A program made the translations under genes and the position numbers. A stretch of 64,000 bases of DNA from a virus. Lineage: Duplodnaviria > Heunggongvirae > Uroviricota > Caudoviricetes. The stretch lies in the IMG/VR virus record IMGVR_UViG_3300042402_002792. One strand, 5' to 3'. The first letter of the stretch is position 1. Each line of letters begins with the position of its first letter. Shown here one piece after another: positions 24,056 to 33,066 of this stretch. Below the pieces are notes generated by a model. The model was not told the DNA's origin and did not search any database. It saw only the letters and a list, made by a program, of their open reading frames with translations.

Positions 24056-25210
24056 TTATTCTTCAAATAATCTAGTAACTATGACTTCGTCGTTCAATAG
24101 TTGTTCTTTATCTTTATTAAAGAAAATAACCATTGCAGTTGTGTCTAATGAATTTTTTCTAGCAATTGGGACCATTACTTGACTTTTTATGTGTTTGAAT
24201 ACTTGTTGGACTGATTTTGAATTTTCAATGTCTTTCCATTTTATGTTTTTAGATAATCTTTCTCTATCATTTAGCAAATAGATTCTAGAAATAAATCCAT
24301 TTATTTTGTATGTTGACAAATCGGAGTTGTAAGGAAATTTATTTGTATAACATTCTATAGTTAACGAATGCTGAGTGTATTCTAGTGCTTTTGATGCGGC
24401 AATATAAGACATATGTCCGTGTAAGCGAAAATTAATTTCTATACAAAAAAATTGATTATCTTTAACTTTAAGCTCAATATGTGTAGGTCCAAACTGATGA
24501 TTCAATACATTTAACCATCCTGTTACTGCTTTATATATAGCATCAATAAGAAGCACTTCTTCATGAGGATCAATTAATTGTATCTTGTGCTTCCATATTT
24601 TTTCATCATTATTCCTTATATATTTCCAAACTGCAACTAGTTTATGTTTCCCCTCGCTACTAACTAAATCTACACCATACTCCTCACCTTCAAAATACTG
24701 AGAAATAAAATATTTTCCATTTTCATCTTTTGGATTATATGTGTCTCTAAAATAAACATCTACACATCCGCCTGTTAATTTTATGTCATAAGGTTTAACA
24801 ATACAATTTTTATATTGTTCTATAAATTCTTTAAAATTGTTTTTAGAAGAATTTTGTCCTAATAATTGGTACAAATGAAACTTATCGTATCTTTCATTGG
24901 AAAAAGTTTTGTCGTTCGATTTATCTAAACTTAACAGTTCATCTATAAGGTCTTTACACTGTTGAGCAGATTCTGTGCAAGCAAATGAAAATAATATGTT
25001 GTGTTTAAATGATTGTATTTCATTTAAAAATTTTTCTGGAGTTTCAAAAATAAAACAAGTTTTATAAAGATAAGATTCTACTTTGTTAAAATGAGTATGA
25101 AAAGATTCTTTTGAACTAAAAATATGAATAGGAATGATTCCGTAGTTAGCACTTACCGCTGCTATGGAATTATGAGACATAAAACCATCTATAATAAGAG
25201 AGTATTTCAT
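24056..25210 (-). CDS. ATP-grasp family enzyme
   Basis: 384 aa. C-terminal ...CIEINFRLHG (catalytic E-x-N plus R of ATP-grasp). Glycine-rich ATP-binding region. Confidence 0.5.
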   Translation of the reverse strand: MKYSLIIDGFMSHNSIAAVSANYGIIPIHIFSSKESFHTHFNKVESYLYKTCFIFETPEKFLNEIQSFKHNILFSFACTESAQQCKDLIDELLSLDKSNDKTFSNERYDKFHLYQLLGQNSSKNNFKEFIEQYKNCIVKPYDIKLTGGCVDVYFRDTYNPKDENGKYFISQYFEGEEYGVDLVSSEGKHKLVAVWKYIRNNDEKIWKHKIQLIDPHEEVLLIDAIYKAVTGWLNVLNHQFGPTHIELKVKDNQFFCIEINFRLHGHMSYIAASKALEYTQHSLTIECYTNKFPYNSDLSTYKINGFISRIYLLNDRERLSKNIKWKDIENSKSVQQVFKHIKSQVMVPIARKNSLDTTAMVIFFNKDKEQLLNDEVIVTRLFEE

Positions 25211-25836
25211 TATATGTTATTTTTTTCTATTACAAATTTATTATATTTGTTATAAGACATTTCTATAAGATTTAAAAATTTATTATAATTGTTAATTTTT
25301 CCTCTAATAATTCCTAAAACTTTTTTTCCGTTTGGGACAGTTGCACCGTGTTTGCAACTATAATTATTAAAAGCAAACACGTTTGCATCGGGTGGTAAAT
25401 CTATATACTTAGAACGATTTTCATACTTAATAAAAAATGAAGGGTCTTCTTGTATTAGTACAAATCTAAATCTAAAATCCGTTTCTTGGTCGTACACTTT
25501 TTGATCCATATGTGCAGGAACAGCTATTTTATTACACCACAGACTTATAGTTTCAACTTCTATAGGAAGATATTCATTTAATATGTTAATTTCTTCAATT
25601 AACAACTCTTTAATATCTAAGAACTTTCCAGGATATAAGATTTTCGATTCATCAACATCTTCTTTTTTATAGCACAACATTCCTTCCCAGAATTCGGGAA
25701 TTTTGCTATCACTAGGCTTGCTTATTGATTCTTTGTGCGTTAAAAAAATATCTAAGATTTTATCTTTATATCTAAAAGGCAAGTAAGGAATAGCCAACGG
25801 CAAAAAAAATACATCATTAACATTTAAATTAGACAT
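25210..25836 (-). CDS. 2OG-Fe(II) oxygenase-like protein (Asp/Asn beta-hydroxylase-like pattern)
   Basis: Motifs AHMD ... KHGATVP. AGGAG ribosome-binding site upstream. Confidence 0.35.
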   Translation of the reverse strand: MSNLNVNDVFFLPLAIPYLPFRYKDKILDIFLTHKESISKPSDSKIPEFWEGMLCYKKEDVDESKILYPGKFLDIKELLIEEINILNEYLPIEVETISLWCNKIAVPAHMDQKVYDQETDFRFRFVLIQEDPSFFIKYENRSKYIDLPPDANVFAFNNYSCKHGATVPNGKKVLGIIRGKINNYNKFLNLIEMSYNKYNKFVIEKNNI

Positions 25837-25912
25837 TGCTCCTATTTATAAAAGTTTAATTTGGTTATTGTTAGCTACGATTTTTACTAGTAAAATTTGA
25901 AGATATAAGTAC

Positions 25913-25941
25913 TTGACTAAAGAAAAACAATTGTGTATAAT
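25913..25941 (+). promoter_or_regulatory. Perfect sigma70 consensus promoter TTGACT-N17-TATAAT, with an ATG 6 nt downstream (leaderless)
   Basis: TTGACT at 25913-25918, 17-nt spacer, TATAAT at 25936-25941, ATG at 25948. Confidence 0.5.
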
Positions 25942-25947
25942 AATAAA

Positions 25948-26499
25948 ATGACTAAGATTTCAAAAAGCCTCCAACGGAATACATTTCAAAAGAAAAATTA
26001 CCTTGAGCGACAAGCTGAGAAAGGTAAAACTCCGGAAAACGACGAAGACACTCGTGCTATGCAAGAGTACTATGAATCTTGGGATGCCAACGAAGAGCAA
26101 AAAGAAGCAGATCCAAAATGGTACGAATACAATCTCGAAGCAGACTTACGTACTACCGATTGGATTTTGGAGAAAGTTAGAGCAGACGAACTCTATGCTC
26201 AAAACTTGTATGCGGCAATGTGTAACAATGATTTCATCAAACGTGAAATGTGGCCTATTCTCAAAGACCAAAAATGGTCATGTTCATGGCGCTACGCTGG
26301 TGGAATTGTTGCTCACATGCGTCAAGAAGGCGACTACATCGACTGGTATTGTAGCGGTATTCGAAATGACTACGATGATGAGAAAGAAAACAAACTAGCA
26401 GGCGGTCGTAACTATGCGCCCGAAAGTGTAGTTACTGAAGAAATTGAAAATGACCTGTATAAATTAGGCTGGTTAGTAGTAAAGGATAACAATGAATAG
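25948..26499 (+). CDS. Acidic hypothetical protein
   Basis: The ORF track starts at GTG 25933 inside the -10 element. The first ATG at 25948 is preferred. 183 aa. Confidence 0.45.
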   Translation: MTKISKSLQRNTFQKKNYLERQAEKGKTPENDEDTRAMQEYYESWDANEEQKEADPKWYEYNLEADLRTTDWILEKVRADELYAQNLYAAMCNNDFIKREMWPILKDQKWSCSWRYAGGIVAHMRQEGDYIDWYCSGIRNDYDDEKENKLAGGRNYAPESVVTEEIENDLYKLGWLVVKDNNE

Positions 26500-26872
26500 A
26501 ATTGAAGGTAAAAAAGATCACGGTTGGGGATTTGAAATAGCATGGGCTAACAAAGACAAGTACTGCGGTAAGTTACTAATATTCAATAATCCCGGAGCAA
26601 AAACTAGTATGCATTTTCATAAAGAACGCGAGAAAAGCTGGTTTATTAATGCAGGTGTTTTTCAATTGAGATACATTGATATTAAAACTGCAGAACTTAA
26701 ACAGTTAACTCTTAAAGAAGGCGACACACATACTATGCCTCCTTTAACTCCGCATCAACTTATAGCTATGAGTCCTGAAGCTATGATCATTGAAGTAAGC
26801 ACACCCGAAGTAGAAAATGATAACTACAAAATAGGACCAGGAGATAGTGATGGAAAGAACATACCTAGCTGA
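26492..26872 (+). CDS. Cupin-domain protein
   Basis: 126 aa. SMHFHKEREKSWF...GD conserved cupin motifs. Confidence 0.45.
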   Translation: MNRIEGKKDHGWGFEIAWANKDKYCGKLLIFNNPGAKTSMHFHKEREKSWFINAGVFQLRYIDIKTAELKQLTLKEGDTHTMPPLTPHQLIAMSPEAMIIEVSTPEVENDNYKIGPGDSDGKNIPS

Positions 26873-27017
26873 AGAAATCTTTGAAGATATACCCGGAGAT
26901 CCGGATAATGTTATTATGAAGTTTCCTCCGGACCTTATTAAAGAATTAGGATGGAAAGAAGGTGATTCTATTGATGTTAAACTTGAAAATGGCGCAATCG
27001 TATTGCAAAGGATATAA
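26850..27017 (+). CDS. AbrB/MazE-fold (SpoVT/AbrB-like) small DNA-binding protein
   Basis: 55 aa. KFPPDLIKELGWKEGDSIDVKLENGAIVLQ resembles the MazE/AbrB looped-hinge-helix domain. It overlaps the upstream gene by 23 nt and its stop overlaps the infA ATG. Confidence 0.4.
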   Translation: MERTYLAEEIFEDIPGDPDNVIMKFPPDLIKELGWKEGDSIDVKLENGAIVLQRI

Positions 27018-27238
27018 TGGCTAAAAATTCAGAGTTAATTGAACTTACAGGCAAAGTAGACGAAGTACTTCCTAACTCTACATTTAGGGTTAGGGTTGAT
27101 AACACAGCAAGTATAGTACTGTGTTATATGGGCGGTAGACTTAAACAAAACAAAATTAAAGTGATTCTAGGCGATAAGGTTAAAATAGAAATTAGCCCAT
27201 ATGACCTCACAAAGGGCAGAATAACTTATAGGATGTAA
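27017..27238 (+). CDS. infA: Translation initiation factor IF-1
   Basis: 73 aa. GKVDEVLPNSTFRVRVDN...ILGDKVKIEISPYDLTKGRITYR aligns along its length with bacterial IF-1 (GTVLETLPNTMFRVELENG...[23 protein letters not shown]). Confidence 0.8.
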   Translation: MAKNSELIELTGKVDEVLPNSTFRVRVDNTASIVLCYMGGRLKQNKIKVILGDKVKIEISPYDLTKGRITYRM

Positions 27239-27239
27239 T

Positions 27240-27902
27240 ATGAACACCATACTCGAACGTGTAAATTTTGTCTGCAAGAACGTTCGAGAAATTAATCGAA
27301 CGGGTGTTACATTTAAAAAACTTATAACTTCTATGAGGTCTCTGTTTAAACAACAGAACTTTGACCTTACAATCAAAACTAAAAAAGACAAATATCTAGA
27401 GTCTTTTGAGTTCTATGTTAATGCGTATTACGATCCAGAAGACGACTTTAATAATGATACTCCTATCGAAGTTATCATACACCATAACTTTGACGATGTT
27501 AGCGTGTTTACCAGTAGCCAATTAACAGACTTTCTTATACAGATTTACGATGCTACAGTACATGAGTATCGTCATCAACAACAAAGTGCCTCTAGAAATT
27601 ATCAAACATACAGCAGTCATATACAATCACCTTACGAAGAATATCTAACAGATCCTGATGAAGTAGACGCTTATGCACTTAGTATCGCCATAGAACTGCT
27701 AAGATTTATGCACAAAGAAAGAGCCAAAAAATACCTAACTAGAATACGCACTTTGGCTAAAATGCGTGTGGATAATGGTTATGTTAGTCCAAATTTAAAA
27801 GCCTATGTTGAACACTTTGGCATTAATGATACAACCAAAAAGTTATCCAAAAAGGTATATAAGCATCTAGATGCTATTGACAAAGAACAAATTTTCATGT
27901 AA
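27240..27902 (+). CDS. Hypothetical protein
   Basis: 220-aa ORF. Confidence 0.4.
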   Translation: MNTILERVNFVCKNVREINRTGVTFKKLITSMRSLFKQQNFDLTIKTKKDKYLESFEFYVNAYYDPEDDFNNDTPIEVIIHHNFDDVSVFTSSQLTDFLIQIYDATVHEYRHQQQSASRNYQTYSSHIQSPYEEYLTDPDEVDAYALSIAIELLRFMHKERAKKYLTRIRTLAKMRVDNGYVSPNLKAYVEHFGINDTTKKLSKKVYKHLDAIDKEQIFM

Positions 27903-27935
27903 AATAACGCTATCATAACACAGTTAGAGAGCGAC

Positions 27936-28625
27936 ATGAGCCAAACTTTTCCCACCCGTCGTGTACTTGAACTTGCCTGTGCGGCACAACGAACTAACAA
28001 AGAATACCTTAAAGAAAATCAAAGTGTCTTTGACAACGAAGGCAAGTTCCTTTTTGTCAAACACACTAACAAAGGACTTGTCCGTTGGGCGTTAGGTATC
28101 GATCGTGCAGGAATAGCGCAAGAATTTGCACCTCAAGATATATTTGTTGAGGACTGCGATAAAGAACAGGCAGACGAAATTCAAAAGTATTTTCGTAGAC
28201 TGATGTTTTCGGCTATTAAGGGCGACAACGAATTTCAAACCGAAGTCAATGCCTTGCTTAACGAAGCAGAAGTACCTGCTAACAAGATTGGCTACATTGC
28301 CTGCTTGCCTAGCGTTTATCTTAAAGACTCATCTCGAAACAGTTTTGAAAAACGTATTCGTGGCCTAGATGAAGGGTATGTTGCAGATGTAGATAAATGG
28401 ATTACTGATCGAGACTGCGAAATTGTACAATGCATCCGTTCAAAAAACTTTGATGCTTTCAATGTTGATGCTATTATAGATAATAAACTAACCAGCTGGT
28501 TTAGCAAATTTGAAATTAAAATTGGACCAGCTGTCCTTGTTAAAGGCAAAGTCAAAGAACACAGTCATAACTGGTTAACCAAAAAGTCTACTACTAGACT
28601 TAATTACGTAAAGATTGCACAATGA
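27936..28625 (+). CDS. Hypothetical protein
   Basis: 229-aa ORF. Confidence 0.4.
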   Translation: MSQTFPTRRVLELACAAQRTNKEYLKENQSVFDNEGKFLFVKHTNKGLVRWALGIDRAGIAQEFAPQDIFVEDCDKEQADEIQKYFRRLMFSAIKGDNEFQTEVNALLNEAEVPANKIGYIACLPSVYLKDSSRNSFEKRIRGLDEGYVADVDKWITDRDCEIVQCIRSKNFDAFNVDAIIDNKLTSWFSKFEIKIGPAVLVKGKVKEHSHNWLTKKSTTRLNYVKIAQ

Positions 28626-28867
28626 ATCGTCTAAAAGAAATTTTAAGTTTCCTTAAATGGCAGGTCCGTCAATGGAAATGGCACGACTATCTTTGGTTTG
28701 CAGCCTGCTTCATGGTTAGCTTTGACTTTGAAAACAAAGGTACCGTATTTGTTATTGGTATTACCATTGCCGTAATTATGATACTCAGTACCTTGACTAA
28801 GTGGCAATGGAATAATTGGAAGCGTGAGCGTGAAGAACTACTTAAAACTATTAAGGATGGAAAGTAA
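28622..28867 (+). CDS. Small membrane protein
   Basis: 81 aa with two hydrophobic helices. Confidence 0.4.
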   Translation: MNRLKEILSFLKWQVRQWKWHDYLWFAACFMVSFDFENKGTVFVIGITIAVIMILSTLTKWQWNNWKREREELLKTIKDGK

Positions 28868-29307
28868 TGTACACCGAAGAAGAATATGATGCATTTGCTG
28901 AAAAAATGGAAGAAGCCTATCCTAAACTATTTCAAGAGCCCTATGGAGGATTTTGCGTAGGACCAGGTTGGTGGCCTATTATCGAAACACTTAGTAGACA
29001 GATTCATCATCATGTTGAATGGAAGCAAAATCAACTTGAAAAATACAAACAAGGTAACGGTTGCCCTGATGTAACAGTAAATCAAATTAAAGAAAAGTTT
29101 GGCGGTCTACGTTTCTACTACAGTGGTGGTGACGACGAAGTATCTGGTATGGTTCGTATGGCTGAAGCATGGGCTGAACATACTTGTGAAGAATGTGGTG
29201 CCCCCGGTAAGAGCCGAGATAGTGGGTGGATTAAGACTCTGTGTGATCATCACGAAGCAGAGCGTCAACAACGAAACAAAGAATATGAAAATCAAATTAG
29301 TCAGTGA
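28867..29307 (+). CDS. Hypothetical protein with a Cys-rich C-terminus
   Basis: 146 aa. CEECGAP...CDHH motif. Confidence 0.4.
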   Translation: MYTEEEYDAFAEKMEEAYPKLFQEPYGGFCVGPGWWPIIETLSRQIHHHVEWKQNQLEKYKQGNGCPDVTVNQIKEKFGGLRFYYSGGDDEVSGMVRMAEAWAEHTCEECGAPGKSRDSGWIKTLCDHHEAERQQRNKEYENQISQ

Positions 29308-30133
29308 TCTACATTTAGAGTTCTCTGACATCAATATTAAAAACGATGAAGGCTGCGATGTCCTAATCCTTTCTGGCGACATTATGATCGCTGAAGAACT
29401 CTACGATCATCCTGAAACCAGCTACAACATGTATTCAAATGTAAATCTAGCGGATCTCGGACGTAAGCAACAGCGTGTTCAAGTGTTCCGTGACTTCTTA
29501 AAGCGTGTGAGCTTTCAGTTCCCGCATGTGGTATACGTTGCAGGCAATCATGAGTTCTATCACGGCAAATGGGAACGCACACTAAAAGTTCTGCATGACG
29601 AGTGCGCTAAGTTTCCCAACGTCTACTTTTTAGAGCAAGAGTCTAAGACCATCGATGATGTTACCTTTATTGGTGGCACACTTTGGACTGACATGAACAA
29701 AGGTGATCCTTTGACTCTGCATGCCGTTCGAGACATGATGAGTGACTTCCGTGTAATTCTCAAAGAGAATGAAGGCTACACTAGACTCAAGCCCGCAGAC
29801 ACTTGCGTTCGTCATAAGAAGATGTTACAATACATCAGAACAGTGGTTGCAGAACAACATGATAGAAAGTTTGTAGTAGTTGGACATCACAGTCCCAGCA
29901 AGCTGTCAACTCATGAACAGTATGCTAATGAACACTTGATGAATGGTGCTTACAGCAGTGACTTGAGCGAGTTCATTATGGATCACCCACAGATTAAATT
30001 GTGGACACATGGACATACACATCATCCTTTTGACTATGTCCTTGGGGAGACACGTATTGTTTGTAACCCTCGTGGCTATGAAGGCTATGAGCCAGAGAGT
30101 GGCTGGAACCCTAACATTGTACTGGAGATATAA
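29285..30133 (+). CDS. Calcineurin-like metallophosphoesterase
   Basis: The ORF track's 29099 start was trimmed to ATG 29285 (MKIKLVSDLHLEF). Motifs GDxx, GNHE and GHTH. Confidence 0.55.
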   Translation: MKIKLVSDLHLEFSDINIKNDEGCDVLILSGDIMIAEELYDHPETSYNMYSNVNLADLGRKQQRVQVFRDFLKRVSFQFPHVVYVAGNHEFYHGKWERTLKVLHDECAKFPNVYFLEQESKTIDDVTFIGGTLWTDMNKGDPLTLHAVRDMMSDFRVILKENEGYTRLKPADTCVRHKKMLQYIRTVVAEQHDRKFVVVGHHSPSKLSTHEQYANEHLMNGAYSSDLSEFIMDHPQIKLWTHGHTHHPFDYVLGETRIVCNPRGYEGYEPESGWNPNIVLEI

Positions 30134-30268
30134 ATGGAACCGAATATTGCAGAAATGCTAAGAAGCACAGCTAAAAATATGAGTGAACTTTTTCTTATGT
30201 TAGCTAATAGAGTTGAACAGTTAGAACAAGAAAATCAAGAACTTAGAGAAAAACTGGAACAAAAATGA
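30134..30268 (+). CDS. Small coiled-coil protein of 44 aa
   Basis: MEPNIAEMLRSTAKNMSELFLMLANRVEQLEQENQELREKLEQK. ATGA overlap with the next gene. Confidence 0.35.
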   Translation: MEPNIAEMLRSTAKNMSELFLMLANRVEQLEQENQELREKLEQK

Positions 30269-30714
30269 AAATTGGTCTTAGTTACAGCCGTTGCGTTCGA
30301 GACATTGTAGAAGGCAAAGTTGATATTGCCGATGTGCTTGTTATTATTGCTCGCACAGATTTTGATCCTAATAACAACGAGCAATGGCAAGGCATTTGGG
30401 AAGGTTATGCTGGCGGCAGTAATCGTGGCAGTATGATTAGAATGTTTGCTGGCTCAAATCCTGAATGGAGTAATTATGGAGACGAGGATGAAGACCTTTT
30501 CCGTAGTGTCAGTATTGAACTTTACGACTCAGGTAAACTACACCAACCTCGCAAGTTTGGTGCTCATCCTCGGCGACTGCCTTACTACTGGCTTAATACT
30601 TTCTTGCCTGACGACGAATTAGATAGTAACCCTGCGGCAAAAAAAGCATTTGAAAAATTTCAAATGCTTGCAGGGTTAACTAATGGCAAACCATTTCAAA
30701 CGGAGCACGAGTGA
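30265..30714 (+). CDS. Hypothetical protein
   Basis: 149-aa ORF. Confidence 0.4.
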   Translation: MKIGLSYSRCVRDIVEGKVDIADVLVIIARTDFDPNNNEQWQGIWEGYAGGSNRGSMIRMFAGSNPEWSNYGDEDEDLFRSVSIELYDSGKLHQPRKFGAHPRRLPYYWLNTFLPDDELDSNPAAKKAFEKFQMLAGLTNGKPFQTEHE

Positions 30715-31427
30715 CTACCTCGATCATATCTCAGATAATGAATCGTCAACACATTGACACTATTGATAATCTTTTTAAAAATGAATATCGAGAAGATCCT
30801 ATTAAGCTCGATGTTAATCCTCTAGTATTGAGTGTGCGTCTTAAAAAGATTCGAGAAGAAAATCCTAATCAGTGGTTTCGATTAGAAAGTCCTGAAGTCA
30901 AAGCTAGACTAATGGGCGATGACTTTAACGAAGCTGAAGATATTAAGGACTATTACAGTAAAAAATTAATGTGGACTAGTCTTAAAGACACAAAACTCAG
31001 TGACTATAGAACTCATTTGATGAGTTATCTTGCACATCCAAAGACTGTTTTATCTCGCAAAGAAGCAGGCATGATTGTATCACTGCCCTATTTTTATGCA
31101 GAAGATCAAGTAATGGATTCGATTGCTAAAAACTATCTTGTCACAGACTGTCCAGATGTTCGCCCAAACTTGAATAAATTTACTAGACAAATGGTCTTTA
31201 TTCATAGTACTAAACGGTGGGTTAACAGAAAACAATTTATATTTTACTGGTTTGCAGATGACAATAGATTTGTGTATAATATACAGCTAGAGGAAGGTAA
31301 CCTCTTGCGTAAATTTTTTGAAGACGTAGTGTTAACACAATCAACCACTACATTCGAAACACATATCGCCAAAGTTGATTACCCGTTTGATTATTACAAA
31401 ATGTTTGATTTTAGGATGGTAAAATGA
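30711..31427 (+). CDS. Hypothetical protein
   Basis: 238-aa ORF. Confidence 0.4.
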   Translation: MTTSIISQIMNRQHIDTIDNLFKNEYREDPIKLDVNPLVLSVRLKKIREENPNQWFRLESPEVKARLMGDDFNEAEDIKDYYSKKLMWTSLKDTKLSDYRTHLMSYLAHPKTVLSRKEAGMIVSLPYFYAEDQVMDSIAKNYLVTDCPDVRPNLNKFTRQMVFIHSTKRWVNRKQFIFYWFADDNRFVYNIQLEEGNLLRKFFEDVVLTQSTTTFETHIAKVDYPFDYYKMFDFRMVK

Positions 31428-31600
31428 TTAGAGTAATAATTCTTTTTATTCTGTTGACACTAATGACTTTTGGTGCAATTTGGGGGGTGAAGAAATTATC
31501 CGGACAGCAGATTATAGACTTGACTCGTATCGGCATTTATGCTATAATTAGCTCATCTGTTGCAGTTGCACTGATGTTTATTTTGGTTGAAATTTTTTAA
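31424..31600 (+). CDS. Small two-helix membrane protein of 58 aa
   Basis: MIRVIILFILLTLMTFGAIWG...ALMFILVEIF. ATGA overlap with the upstream gene. It contains an internal promoter for the SPFH gene. Confidence 0.4.
   Translation: MIRVIILFILLTLMTFGAIWGVKKLSGQQIIDLTRIGIYAIISSSVAVALMFILVEIF
31520..31548 (+). promoter_or_regulatory. Perfect sigma70 consensus promoter TTGACT-N17-TATAAT, upstream of the SPFH-ClpP genes
   Basis: TTGACT at 31520-31525, 17-nt spacer, TATAAT at 31543-31548. Confidence 0.5.
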
Positions 31601-31609
31601 GGATTTATA

Positions 31610-32404
31610 ATGAAACATATTGCTACTCTTTCTCTTATTGCCGCTGCAATTCTGGCCACCGGTTGTACCCGTATTGAAACCGGTGAGGTCGGAGTTCGCG
31701 TTGGTTTTGATAAACAAGTTAAACCAGGTGAGCTCCAACCAGGCTCGTTTAATCAGGTGCTGATCGGTGATGTGTTGACCTTCCCCTACAAGGACGTCAA
31801 CGTTGTGATTGAAAACATGACTCCTGTGGCCAAAGACAACAGCACCATGAAAGATCTCGACGCTGTGGTTGTTTACAACATCAACAAGGATCAAGCGTCT
31901 GAACTGTATAGTTCTAAGAACCGCAGTTTCCACGCAGACTTCAAAGGCGACACTTACCTGATGTATAACTACATCGTGCAAAATGCTCGTAATGCAGTGT
32001 ACAAGGCTGCTCGAAAATACGAAGCATTGGACATGGCCGATAACCGTGACAATATGGAAACTTTCATCAAGGAAGAAATTACTCGCAACCTTGCTGAAGA
32101 AAAACTGGACGGTAGTATCACTATTACACAGGTCATGATTCGTAATGTTCTGCCTGCTGATTCAGTTGTGGCTAGTGCCAACGAATTGGTTCGTAGCAAG
32201 AACGAACTCAAGCAGAAAGAGATCGAAGTTAAGACTGCCGAAGCAGAAGCACGTCGAATGGCTGCTCTAGCTAACAATAGTTCTAGTTCCATTGCGTTCA
32301 TGAATGCTCAGGCTGCTCTTAATATCTCCGAGGGTATTAAGAATGGCAAGGTGCAGACTATTGTTGTGCCCAGCAACATGACCAGTTTGATGTTGCCGAA
32401 ATAA
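31610..32404 (+). CDS. SPFH/band-7 (stomatin/prohibitin-like) lipoprotein
   Basis: Lipobox LATGC in the signal peptide. SPFH-like body with a C-terminal coiled coil (EVKTAEAEARRMAALA). GC-richer than neighbours. Confidence 0.55.
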   Translation: MKHIATLSLIAAAILATGCTRIETGEVGVRVGFDKQVKPGELQPGSFNQVLIGDVLTFPYKDVNVVIENMTPVAKDNSTMKDLDAVVVYNINKDQASELYSSKNRSFHADFKGDTYLMYNYIVQNARNAVYKAARKYEALDMADNRDNMETFIKEEITRNLAEEKLDGSITITQVMIRNVLPADSVVASANELVRSKNELKQKEIEVKTAEAEARRMAALANNSSSSIAFMNAQAALNISEGIKNGKVQTIVVPSNMTSLMLPK

Positions 32405-32419
32405 CTAAGGAAAAATAAT

Positions 32420-33010
32420 ATGCCTAATCTTGTACCCATGGTTATCGAGCAAGAAGCTCGAGGAGAACGTAGTTATGACATCTACAGTCGACTGCTTAAA
32501 GATCGTATTGTAATGTTAGACACAGATGTAAATGAGCATAGTGCTAGTTTACTGATTGCACAGTTGTTATTTTTAGAAAGTCAAGGAAATGAAGACATCA
32601 ACTTCTTTATCAACAGCCCAGGCGGAGTCGTTACTGCGGGAATGGCAATATACGATACAATGCAGTTTATTAAACCCGATGTTAGCACCATTGTTATGGG
32701 CCAGGCTTGCAGTATGGGCAGTCTCCTTGCCACAGCAGGAGCCCCAGGCAAGCGAAAAATGCTGCCAAACGCCCGACACATGATTCATCAGCCCTCGGGA
32801 GGTGCTCGCGGACAAGCTACAGACATGCAGATTCAAGTTGAAGAAATCTTAAAAATGAAGAAATCTTTAACCGATATCTATGTCAAGCACAATTCTAAGG
32901 GTAAAACTTTTGCACAGTTTAGCCACGATATGGAACGTGATAAGTTTATGAGTGCTGAAGAAGCTTTAGACTACGGTTTGATTGACGAAATTGTAGATAA
33001 ACGCTCATAA
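32420..33010 (+). CDS. clpP: ATP-dependent Clp protease proteolytic subunit
   Basis: 196 aa. Catalytic Ser (GQACSMGS), His (MIHQP) and Asp context. Conserved N-terminus ...[16 protein letters not shown]. Confidence 0.8.
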   Translation: MPNLVPMVIEQEARGERSYDIYSRLLKDRIVMLDTDVNEHSASLLIAQLLFLESQGNEDINFFINSPGGVVTAGMAIYDTMQFIKPDVSTIVMGQACSMGSLLATAGAPGKRKMLPNARHMIHQPSGGARGQATDMQIQVEEILKMKKSLTDIYVKHNSKGKTFAQFSHDMERDKFMSAEEALDYGLIDEIVDKRS

Positions 33011-33066
33011 AGTGCGTACATAATAGAAATAGGCACAGCACTTAAATATTTAAAATAGGAGAGGCT

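Noticed and set aside
26003-26398. Alternative-frame ORF at 26003-26398 inside the gene at 25948-26499
   Set aside because: It is fully internal to a longer ORF that has promoter support. It is a low-complexity Lys/Thr-rich frame artefact.
32573-32836. ORFs on both strands inside clpP
   Set aside because: They are internal to a gene with unmistakable ClpP conservation.
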